Shown here: piece by piece, positions 23,949-34,014 of the stretch
Layout: the number at the start of each line of letters is the position of its first letter
Numbering within the stretch: position 1 is the stretch's first letter
NCBI GenBank assembly: GCA_965240325.2
Contig: OZ251232.1
Span: 1,550,001-1,614,000 of the forward strand
Source of the DNA: Rebecca billardiae RCC1528
Taxonomy: Eukaryota > Protista > Haptophyta
DNA length: 64,000 nt
Direction of reading: 5' to 3'
Position numbers and translations under genes: made by a program
The notes under the pieces: model-generated
The model's input: only the letters and a program-made list of their open reading frames with translations
The model's database searches: none
What the model was told of the DNA's origin: nothing

Positions 23949-24817
23949 CTAGTCAAAGCTCTTCCGCGGCCCCTTAGCCTTGGACTTCATCTTCTTGCCG
24001 CCCGGCTTCTGCGTGGCCAGCGAGCCCGCGGGCCACTCGTACTTGACCGGCGACTGCGCCTCGTGCGGGTGCTCCGTGCCGGCAAACACCTTGAGGTGGC
24101 GGTACTGCTCACGACCGAGCACCCCCTTGGGCAACATGCCCTTCACGGCCTTCTCGACGATGCGCTCGGGGATGCGCTTCTGGAGCTGCTCGAACGTCTC
24201 GGTGGTCACGCCACCGGGCCGGCCAGAATGCCGGAAGTACGTCTTCGCCTTGGCCTTGGACCCCGAGATGAGGACCTTGTCCGCGTTGATCACGATCACA
24301 TAGTCGCCCACGTTGCTGCCGGGGAAGTACGTCACCTGCGCGCGCGCACGCGCGAATGCGGTGGCGTGGGGGCGCGGGGAAGACGCGGGGTGAGCGACCA
24401 GCGATTGCATTGGCAGTGCGACGGGGCACGTGCGGCGGCCTCTGCGTCCGCGCCAGCCGTGTGGCGCGCCCGCCCTGCCAATTGTGATCGGGCGGCGTAT
24501 GTGCGCACCTTGTGCTTGCCCATGAGCCGCTTGGCGATCTCCGTGCACATACGGCCGAGGCGCATGCCCTCAGCGTCGATCAGCCACCACTGCTTATTCC
24601 TATTGTCCATGTCCTCCGCTTTGGGCACCCATGTCTCCACGTGGATGGGCTTCTTCGAGTCCCACTCCGAAAGGATGGCCGTGCCCGCCTCCGCCGTGTC
24701 AGCCATGGACACGCCGCCGCACCGCGCCGCCACCCCGCGCCTGCTCGGCGTTGGGAGCGACCACAACGCCGCCCCGGGCAGCGAGAGCACCAGCATCATG
24801 CCCACCGTGCGCGCCAT
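23949..24817 (-). CDS. rpl13: Nucleus-encoded bacterial-type 50S ribosomal protein L13 (uL13), probably plastid-targeted; intron 24336-24508
   Basis: [19 protein letters not shown]|[32 protein letters not shown] and HPHEAQ; bipartite-like presequence. Confidence 0.93.
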
Positions 24818-25049
24818 CACCGCCTGATGACGGTCGTCGACGAGCAGATGAAGATTGCGCGAAGATGGCCGGCGCTGCGCTGCCCTCGTGGAAAAGGCCA
24901 AGGTGCCGGACTCAAAGGAGCCCAATATGGAGTCCGGTAACATCCGGACAGCCGCTTCGGTCATCAAGCTCAGCAAGCGCGGCGAGAGCGAGAGCTTGGG
25001 ACGGCGCGGTTTATCTCGGCGCAGCCCGACCGCCGCACGCTCGCCTAGG

Positions 25050-25541
25050 ATGCTGCGCCCCATGCGCGCGCTCCTCGCGCTTGTTGCGTTCGTGCTCGCC
25101 GCGTCGCCTACCCGCGCTGCTGTTGCGAGCGGCCGCTCGGCTCTTCTTTCGGGCTCGAGGGCCTTCCCGCTCCGCAGCTCGCGCGTGCTGCGGCGCACGT
25201 GCACGCCTGTTGCGGCCGTGCAGGACCTGAAGTCGGAGAAGGAGTTCAAGCAAGCATTGAAGGACGCCGGTGACGGGCTGCTGGTCGTGGACTACTCGAC
25301 CTCCTGGTGTGGGCCGTGCAAGGTGATCGCTCCCAAGTACGAGGAGTTCAGCGAGCAGTACACAAACGTCGCCTTCTACACCGTGATTGGTGACTCGAGC
25401 TCGGACGCGAACAAGCTCATGTCCAAGCAGGGCATCCGCGCCGTGCCCACGTTCCAGCTGTGGAAGGGCAACAAGAAGGTGTGCGAGATCTCGGGTGCCA
25501 AGGCGGCGGCGCTGGAGGAGGCGATCCAGGCGAACGCGTAG
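25050..25541 (+). CDS. Thioredoxin, f-type-like, probably plastid-targeted
   Basis: WCGPCKVIAPKY active site, GIRAVPTF, and a signal plus transit peptide. Confidence 0.9.
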   Translation: MLRPMRALLALVAFVLAASPTRAAVASGRSALLSGSRAFPLRSSRVLRRTCTPVAAVQDLKSEKEFKQALKDAGDGLLVVDYSTSWCGPCKVIAPKYEEFSEQYTNVAFYTVIGDSSSDANKLMSKQGIRAVPTFQLWKGNKKVCEISGAKAAALEEAIQANA

Positions 25542-28176
25542 CTCGAACGCTCCCGCTTCTCAAAGTCGCATGGCACGGCGGGTGTAGCCCGAGACGAGCC
25601 CGTTCGACCGGTGGCGCCGAAGCAGACGGTCGCGGTGCTGATGTTTGCAGGAGTGGCGCGGCTATTCGACGCCCACGCCGTCCTGGCGATTTGAGCGCCC
25701 TACCTTGGGCGGCGGCGTCATGGGCTCCGGCAACAGACGCCTAGCGTACGCCGTTCGTCGCCGTCACGGAATCCCGCCAGGATCTTGTCCCGGCTCGATC
25801 CACGGCAGGCTCGTGCGCATGCCGCTCGCTGGCGTGCTGGTATGACGCTGCTGCGCATGCCGCGCGTCTTAATCAGCACTCGCTGTGGCATGACGGCATT
25901 GCAAGGCGTTTGAGGCGCGACATGCCGCCATGCCGCCGACCGTCCGTGCCGCACTCCGCGCCTCAGGGCAATACAGGCTTCTCGTAACAGTGTCAGTCGT
26001 CGTAGTGTGGCTCACCGCATTCCTCGTCCACCGTCTGTCCGAATGAAGCCGAAGGCGCGCGCGCGGACGATGTGACAGGATATAGATCGAGTCTTATCAG
26101 TACTCAGTAGACAGGTTACTAAGGAGTAAGGACTAAGGAGTAGTCTCGGATGATTCATCCCGGGCCCATTATTTGACATCACTGACATCACTGACACTGT
26201 GCCCGGAGTGTCAGGCTGGGCAGCGCATCAGCAGATACTGATGCCCCGCGCGGCCCGCGTCCGGCCGAGCTCCGGCTTCGTCAGCCTGAGTTCAGCTGGC
26301 TGCTCGGACCGGACTGCGTCAGGCCGGTCCAAGTGCCGCGGAGTGCGATAAGCGATATTGCGGCTGACGCCGGATCCGTGGCCGTGCCGCGATAGGCTCA
26401 TACTGTGTCGCGGACGGCCGAGTTCCGGGGGCATTCATCGCCTTCGGGCGATGTCCGCTGGCGCTGGCGCCGGCGGGCGTCGCCGGGGCGTCTGGGTGCG
26501 CCGGTCAGTCGATACGCCGATATCAGAATATTGACGATGCTGACTACTGTACATAGTATTATTATTGTTTACTCAGGCTTCATCATCATACGGCTCGTCC
26601 GGCTCGCGTCGGTTTCACTGAGTCACTCGGTTGAACCCCCCGCCCGCCCAGACGGGCCCAGTCCGACGGTCACTGACACTGGAGGGCTACAACATCTTGA
26701 CACGGAAATCGATCGGCCTCAGTGCCGCCTCTGATATGATCTTCAATACTGCTCCTAGACCACCCCAGGCGGTCCCTTGGACGATATATCAATACGGCGG
26801 CCAGCCAGATGGATCAAGTCAGCGCCACACCTCCAATAGGTCCAGACTCGTCTGTAGTCTATATCTAAATGCCCAGTCGAAAAATAGACGGGCACAGTCA
26901 GTCTGATGCCGGGGCCAGTAGCTATACTCAGTAACTAGTACTGAGTTAAACTAGTCTACTCGTTGTCAAAGTCATCAATCGGAGGTCGGACGGGACTCTG
27001 CTGCATAGTCTGCTTGGTTTACCGTTTAGACTTCGGCTCGCAGGGCCAAGCCTAACGGACGCTACGGAGCTGGGGGTGGTAGACCGGAGCTGGAGCCATA
27101 CGCACTCTGACTCATCATAGTACGGCGTACTGCGCGGACCTGCGGCTCACTTCGTCCATACATATATATGGTGATCGTCTGACGACCCGTAGCTATATGA
27201 TGTCCATGGTGCCAGACCGGTCGCGGTCGGTTGCGCGTCCTTCGCTGAGGGCCCTGAGTCAGCCTGGTAGTGAGGCCTGAGGGAGCGCCGAGCGCGGCCG
27301 CTGGCCTGTTTTAAGTATAATTATTAGACGACGTAAATAGTATAAAGGCGCACTCGGATGCCGGATCGGCTGCTAACGTATGTATCATTATAAGTAGTAG
27401 TATTAGGCGTAACTAATAACTAGTAAAAGCCTCAGCCGGTCCGAGCCGAACGGGGCCGCCGCGGCATCAACTACCGGACCGCCGCTAATTACTCGGGCAG
27501 ACATTAGTAGGCAGACATCCACAATCCAATAAACAGGCGCTTAGCTACTAGACCAGCACGCAGCAGTCTTACAGGCAGGCGGTCTTATTAGCAGTAATAA
27601 TATATTATAAGAATAATAATATCGCTGATGGCATCATCAGCTGCCGCAGCGAAATCAGAATAATAATAACGAACGACTACGCGCGTATATTATATACTAT
27701 TAGGCATTAGCAGCAGTAGGATTATGACATACGTCGTACTACATCGTATACGTACTATACATACATACATAGACTCATAGTCCGCCGTTACGACACACCG
27801 ACCGGCACACACTGATCGACACACTCGTCGGACACTCTGAGTCTCGGACGACACACATATATATATATATATATCAGTATAACAGTAGTATATATGTCAT
27901 GATGATACCGTCAGCAGAGATCAGTTGCCGTCACTCATCCGGTCATGCACATGCAGAGCCGCCATCAAATCGGCAACATGCCGGCGGCAGTCGGGCTGCC
28001 ACCGCCGCGCCAACCAAGTGCGCGCGCGCGCCTCGCGTTAACACGCCGCAGCGTCTTCGACGACAACCTGTATCGTCCTTTCCTTGCTGCGACGGGAACG
28101 CGAGTCACTCGTCGTCATGGATCGTCGTCGTCCTGGAATGGAATTGAGGAGCAGCTGCGTCTGCGCCTGGTCGCTG

Positions 28177-31044
28177 CTACGATGCTGCTGCAGCGCTGCC
28201 GCTGCTGCTGGTGCTGCCGCTGCTGCTGCCGCTGCCGCTGCCGCTGCCGCCTTTGTCGACGGCGCACGCGTCGTGGCCGACATGCTGTGCGGCGCACGGG
28301 GTCGCGGCGACGTCGAGCTCGCCTGTCGGCTGCGATGTGTCGTGTTCCCAGCTGGGCGAGCTGCTGAGTGAGCTGCTGCTGCACTTCAGCATCGAGCCGG
28401 CGACGTCGTCGCCGGTGGCCGGGAGGGGCAGCGACGAGAGAGGGCCAGCCTCGTGCGCGTCGGCTTCGAGGCCATGCCTCGCCGTGAAGGCCGGCGAGTT
28501 GGCCGGCGAGTGGCCCGGCGAGAGCAAGAGGGGCGTCGGCGTGAACCGCTTGCACCACAGCTCGTAGACGAGCTCGCGCACCTCGGCGCGCTTGTAGGGC
28601 GTTTTGGGCATCGCGCCGTGCGCGCGCTTGAGGTACGCGACGCGGTCCTCGTCCGAGTCGTTGGCCGAGCGGACGATCATGAGCGTGCGCGCCTCCTCGT
28701 CGGGGCTGAGCATGCGGCGCAGCTGCGCGAGCTTCCACGAGCCCGAGACGATCTCAATCCCCGCGCTCGTCTGGTCGAGCTCGAGGTTCTCGTCGCAGAT
28801 GATGAACACGCGCTGCTCGGCCGTAGTCTCGCGGATGTAGTTGAGCAGTGTGATGGCGAGGTCCGGCAGCTCGGCTGGCTCCCCGAGCAGGTGCGTCTTC
28901 TCGGGGCTGGCGCCGAGGTCGCGGAGCATGCGGCGCATCACGGTGCGCTGCAGCTTCGAGTCGTCGATCGCGATGGCCACGCAGTCCTCAGGCAGCGAGA
29001 AGGCGGCTGCCGCGGCCTCGCCGCCGCTCAGCCGCGCGCCCGCGAGCAGAGCCCGGTCGATCGGCAGCACGTCCGGCACGCGCAGCTCGAACACCGTCGC
29101 CTCGGGGGAGAAGCGTATGGAGGGGCTCGCGCCGAGCGCGCGCGCGCACTGCGCGATGACCCAGCCGCCGACCCCGCCGTTCCGCCGGTGCTTCACGCCG
29201 CGCATGTCCGCCGAGCCGTCGCTGGCCTGCGCGGCGCTGTGCAGCTTGCTCCCCTTCTTGAAGACGGCTGAGGGCGCGTCCGCGTCGGCGCAGAGCTGCG
29301 CGTGGCCCGGCCCCGGCGCGTTGGTGATGGAGAGCAGCAGGTCGGCGGGCCCGCCGGCGCCGCGCGGCTCCACCGCCACAACAACCCGCACCGGCCGCTC
29401 CGCCGCGCCGAACTGCAGCGCGTTGCTCAGCGCGTGCCGGAAGATGGTGTGCAGCAGGAGCGGGTCGGACGCGACGTGGGGCAGCGCGCTCGCCGCGTGC
29501 ACGAGCTGCACCCGAGGGTTGTCCGAGGAGAAGACGGAGTGCAGGTGGACGCGCTCGCGCTTCGCGACGTACTCGCCGCGCGTCGCGTCGCGCGCGCTCA
29601 CCTCCGCCGTGATCGAGCGCAGCGTCGTGTGCAGCATCGTGTGCAGCTCCGTCAGCTCGGGCTCGTCGACGCCGCGATCGCGCATCGCGGCGGTGAGCTC
29701 GAGCGCGGAGATGACGGCGTTCTTGAGCTCGTGCCTCTCGAAGTGGTTGGCCTCCTCGTCCTTGACGCGCTCGATCTCGGCCGCGCGGCGCTCGAGCTCC
29801 TCCGCCTTCTCGCGCTCGCGCTTCGTCACGTCGCGCACCACGATCACGAGGAACTGCTCGTCGGCGTGCCGGTTGACGCGCACCTCGCACGTGAGCGAGT
29901 TGCTTCCGCCCGTCACGCATGTGAAGTGCGGCTGCGCGCTCGTCCACGCGGCGAGGAGGAGGCGGTCGACGTCCGTGTCGTCGGTGAGGTCGTGCGTGCG
30001 CCCCGAGATCCACTCGGCCGCGCCGCGCACGAGCGACCCGATCGAGCGCGACGCGACGGAGTGGTACCGCTGCCCGTCCTTCTGCGAGACGATGATGGCG
30101 TCGGTCGCGTGCCGCCACGCGAGCGACATCTGACCCTGCAGCTTGGCGAGCCGGTGGCCGGCGAGCTGGCGCTTCGTCGTGGAGTGCGTCTCGGTGAGGT
30201 ACACGGCGTAAATCATCTTGCCCGTGCAGTCGAGCACCGCCTCGACCATGCCCAACGCCGCCGGCTGCTGCAGCCAGGCGCCGAGCGCCCACACGACCGG
30301 GAAGAGGGTCCACAGCGCGCAGCAGAGCCCGAGCGTGCGGACCGCGCGCGCGTGCTGCGTGGCGAGCGCCTTGTCGGCGGGCGGCGTCTGGTTGCGCCGG
30401 GTGTACCAGCGGGCAAAGATCCCGCCGTAGCACGCGAACGAGCCCGTCGCCAGCACCAGCCACGCCGTTGTCGACGGCGCGAACGGCAGCGCCATCCCGA
30501 ACAGAATGCATGCCGACTGCGTGCACGCAAAAAGGACGGCACCGCGCACGGGCGCGGAGGCGAGCGACTCGACGATGAGGCACATGACGAAGAGGCAGAT
30601 GGTCCACTCGGCGTAGCGCACGAGCACCACCGGCGTGCCCAGCACCGGATCAATCCGCACGGGGACGGGCAGGAGAGCCATGATTGCGTTGGACAGGCCG
30701 GCAATCCCGTGCACAACAAAGACGAGCACCTCGGCCTGGGAGCAGGAGCTGAGGCTGCGCTCGCCGATGGCGATGAAGCGGGCGATGCATACCGCCACGA
30801 GCGCCGTGGCGCACAGCCCGCACGCGGAGCGCTCCTCGTCGCTCAGCAGCTCGGCGCCGCCAAACTGCATCACCGCCACGACAATCATCACCCACGCGCA
30901 GAAGGCCACGAGCGCAAACGTGCTGGCGTCACGGTTCGACATCGCGCCGTTGGGCTCGACGGGCCCACCGAACATACCCGCCAGCTGGTCCGTTGACGGC
31001 GTGAGCCGCCGTTCTGTGGAGGGCCGGCGAAATTGCAGCGACAT
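28177..31044 (-). CDS. Type-1 (microbial) rhodopsin-PAS-histidine kinase-receiver hybrid photoreceptor, intronless
   Basis: Eight hydrophobic helices, with helix C RYAEW, helix F LWTLFPVVWALG and helix G LDCTGKM (Schiff-base Lys codon 30217-30219). PAS ends in VRDVT. H-box RHELKN; N-box HALSNALQFG; G2 GGVGG. Receiver motifs AIDDS, CDENL, RSAND and MPK. Confidence 0.9.
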   Translation of the reverse strand: MSLQFRRPSTERRLTPSTDQLAGMFGGPVEPNGAMSNRDASTFALVAFCAWVMIVVAVMQFGGAELLSDEERSACGLCATALVAVCIARFIAIGERSLSSCSQAEVLVFVVHGIAGLSNAIMALLPVPVRIDPVLGTPVVLVRYAEWTICLFVMCLIVESLASAPVRGAVLFACTQSACILFGMALPFAPSTTAWLVLATGSFACYGGIFARWYTRRNQTPPADKALATQHARAVRTLGLCCALWTLFPVVWALGAWLQQPAALGMVEAVLDCTGKMIYAVYLTETHSTTKRQLAGHRLAKLQGQMSLAWRHATDAIIVSQKDGQRYHSVASRSIGSLVRGAAEWISGRTHDLTDDTDVDRLLLAAWTSAQPHFTCVTGGSNSLTCEVRVNRHADEQFLVIVVRDVTKREREKAEELERRAAEIERVKDEEANHFERHELKNAVISALELTAAMRDRGVDEPELTELHTMLHTTLRSITAEVSARDATRGEYVAKRERVHLHSVFSSDNPRVQLVHAASALPHVASDPLLLHTIFRHALSNALQFGAAERPVRVVVAVEPRGAGGPADLLLSITNAPGPGHAQLCADADAPSAVFKKGSKLHSAAQASDGSADMRGVKHRRNGGVGGWVIAQCARALGASPSIRFSPEATVFELRVPDVLPIDRALLAGARLSGGEAAAAAFSLPEDCVAIAIDDSKLQRTVMRRMLRDLGASPEKTHLLGEPAELPDLAITLLNYIRETTAEQRVFIICDENLELDQTSAGIEIVSGSWKLAQLRRMLSPDEEARTLMIVRSANDSDEDRVAYLKRAHGAMPKTPYKRAEVRELVYELWCKRFTPTPLLLSPGHSPANSPAFTARHGLEADAHEAGPLSSLPLPATGDDVAGSMLKCSSSSLSSSPSWEHDTSQPTGELDVAATPCAAQHVGHDACAVDKGGSGSGSGSSSGSTSSSGSAAAAS

Positions 31045-31475
31045 GGCGCTGCCGCGCGTTGTCAGGCAAAGCGCCCGCCCGGCTGTGGCGGCTGGATTCT
31101 GTCGCATTCGCAAGTGCTGGAGATGCGGGCCAATTCGGTTGCTTGGTGAAGAAGTTAAGACTTGATTACTTAGTGCTTACCGACGACGGTCGACCTCGGG
31201 GGTTTAATTGCAAGTATGATAATGAGGGAATGACTCTGAATATTATGGGCGGCGGAGACTACGGACGAAGCCGATACGCGAACCGGTTACGAGTTGCGAC
31301 CACGTTGGGTGATTGAGAGAACACTGCCCAATCTTCGCTGGAAGCGTGAATCGGATTATGTCTCGTCAAGATTCTGTTGCCGTTGAACGACCTTGATTCA
31401 TAATCTCGTCAATTGGGGTACTTTCACGGTACCCCTAGATACGGTTTGACGTAAGTTTGAACGTCGTGGTCAGGG

Positions 31476-32045
31476 GCGTTGCGCCAGCTGGACAAACGCC
31501 CTCCGGTCTTTTCAGATCTGCGCTTTTCAAAACGAAATGTTCCGCGCTCTGTTTAGGGCGAAGGGCGGTGGATGGCGGCTCGCCGCCGCATGGGCGGGCG
31601 AGTCGCCGCTGCCCGCAGAAAACGTGCGTCGGAGGCAAGGAAGCAGGCAGATGGCGCGTCGCGCGCGTCGTAGAATTCGGCCGTGACGCTCGCCAGCCTC
31701 AGCGCGCGCGGCGAAGCCAAGTCCATGGGCGCACTGCGTGCAGGCGGCACGGCCACGCCGCTCGGCCGCGCGACCGGCCTCGCAAGCGTCCTTGCGGCGC
31801 GAAAGGGCATCCCAGCTGCGGTCATTCGACTTGTGCGTCGGGAGACGTGTGCCATCTAGCCAACGCGCACGCGCCGCGAGCTGCACGGCGTGCGCACACG
31901 TCGCCCGCCGCACCGGTCAGGCGTGCGCCGCAAGCGGCACAGCGGGAGAGGGCCCCGATCCGAGTGCAGGTCTCGCCGGGGCCCTCCACAAGTCCAAGGA
32001 TCCTGGACGGTGGGTCCCTTCGCGTTTGTCCAGCTGGCGCAACGC
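31476..32045. repeat. Perfect 24-bp inverted repeat pair (31476-31499 and 32022-32045) bounding a 570-bp segment; possible MITE/DNA-transposon relic
   Basis: gcgttgcgccagctggacaaacgc and its exact reverse complement gcgtttgtccagctggcgcaacgc; no target-site duplication seen. Confidence 0.7.
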
Positions 32046-32879
32046 TCCGAATGGCGGGCCGCCGGGGTCCGGCGGTCCGCCTTGTACCTGGGGAAAAGAT
32101 AAGAAAAAGAAAAGAAAAAGAAAATCGCCTCGCAAAGAAAAGAAAATCCGCTTCGCTCACTACCGGGCGCCCTTGGTCACTGGGGTCTGGGGACGCTCGG
32201 CCGAAAAAGAGTTAGCGGATGGCGCGGAGCGCATGGGCGGCGCGCGCCAAATCCAACGCCGGCGCGGACATCGCGCGGGGATTCCCGAACGGTCTTTTCG
32301 CCCGATTCGCGATTGCTGCCCTCGTCGTCTCGCGTGCAGGTCGAACGGGGGCCAAAGTCAACGCGTCTGGAGGCACGCCCCGCGCGTCGCCACGATCGCG
32401 CGACCTGGGGCGGTGCTCGCCCGACTTGCACGTCGAGCGCTCGCACCGGCCATAGCACCAGGCGCTGCGCACGATGGCCGCCTCGCGCGATCCACCGCCG
32501 CGCGTCGGGCTCGGTGCGGAAACGCACTCACACGAGGTGTCTCGCGGGCGGGAAGCGCCATCGCACGCGACGCAAGATTTGGCGCGGCCTTCTGAACTCG
32601 ATCGCCGGAATCCGCGCGCCGGACTCTGCGTCGCTCGCGGTCCCTCAGCCGAAGCCCACGTCCGGCCTGCATGGCGTCGACGGTGACCAATGCGACGGAA
32701 GCGCAGCGCCAACGGCGTACGACGCGCAGCGGACGCACCTCCCGGGTCTGTCGCCGTGGCAGCAACCGCGTCTTCGCGAGTTGGCGACCCTCGCCGCAGC
32801 GTGACACAGACAAGCCCGTGATGCCATCCGCAGAGAGACGAATCGTCGAGCATGCAACATCGCCGCGCCATCCTCGTCG

Positions 32880-33401
32880 ATGGCGCAGGCGCTGCGGGAC
32901 GAGGCGGACGTCGTCACGCCGGTGACGGATGCGCTGCGAATCGTGTGTTTGCTCGAGCAGCTCGTGCCCACTCTCGATCGCGAGTGGCACACGCTGTCGC
33001 TGTGCGCGCGCGCGCACAACCAACAGCTCCTCGTGCCGCCGAACACGCAGGCGCCAGACCTGTCGCACGAGGCGAAGAGCGACGACCGCGCGAACGTCAA
33101 CGCGCTCGTGCTCAGCGTGGCAGCCGTGCACGACGTCAACGCGACCTGCGCCGAGCCCATCATGCCCGGAGCAGACATCGGCAAGCATCCTCGCGACGAC
33201 CGCTCTCGGCTGGCGGCAGGAGGACATGCACACGATCTACTCTGGCGGCTTCGTCGGCGGCGACTGAGGCGCTCGATTACGCCATCGCGGTCGAGATGCG
33301 GCACATACAGCGCGCACCCGCGCTCGCGCGGAGCCGCGCTCGCGCGGAGCAACGGGCAACCCGCCCCGCCCCGCGTGCTGCACATTCCCTCGTGGGTGTA
33401 G
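32880..33401 (+). CDS. Hypothetical protein or gene fragment
   Basis: 173-aa ORF whose first ~100 codons are GC3-biased; no family recognised. Confidence 0.3.
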   Translation: MAQALRDEADVVTPVTDALRIVCLLEQLVPTLDREWHTLSLCARAHNQQLLVPPNTQAPDLSHEAKSDDRANVNALVLSVAAVHDVNATCAEPIMPGADIGKHPRDDRSRLAAGGHAHDLLWRLRRRRLRRSITPSRSRCGTYSAHPRSRGAALARSNGQPAPPRVLHIPSWV

Positions 33402-33859
33402 GCCTCGCTGATGCGCACGGACGTGACACGTGTACTCACTGTACACGCCAGTGGCAGTGGGAGAACTTCAGGTGTCACTGCCACTGGTCCGACTGTCCGT
33501 CACCCACGGCCACGAGCGCATGTGAAAAGACGCAAACCCGCAGAGAAAACATTGCGACAGCACTGGCACGGCCCGCCGACACCCCCGCCCGCCAGGGCAC
33601 AGTTCAGTACTTGTATTATAATAAATCAATAATAATAATGCTTCGGAAAGGAGCCATGGCGGGCGTGAATGCCCGTCCCACCGCGATCCAAGGCGCGAGT
33701 CCAACGTCCGGGACCGGGGAGCGTTGCACTCGCCGGTCGGCGTCGCCTTACGAGCGCGTGCGCGTGAGTGAGAGCTTCCCATCCGACTTTTCGACCACTC
33801 TCACGTCCACGTCCACGTCATCGTGCGTGACTGGCGCGCGTGAGGCAGTATTCAACGTC

Positions 33860-34014
33860 GGAGTGATGGGCGGCTACGAGGGGGGGGGGGGGGGGGGGGG
33901 GGGGGGGACGACGGCGAGGAGCGCTGATCCTGGTGTTTGTCTCTGTTGCTCGATCTGCTGCTACAGCTTGCTGACTCTGACGCCTGCCCGTTGCATACCA
34001 CGTCGTTAATATAT
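33860..34014 (+). repeat. Dispersed poly-G-containing repeat, copy 2 (longest G run)
   Basis: Matches 3793-3878 and 54163-54293. Confidence 0.9.

Noticed and set aside
28180-28252. (GCT/GCC)n-type repeat as a possible separate element
   Set aside because: It encodes the Gly/Ser/Ala tail of the rhodopsin-kinase and is simple slippage.
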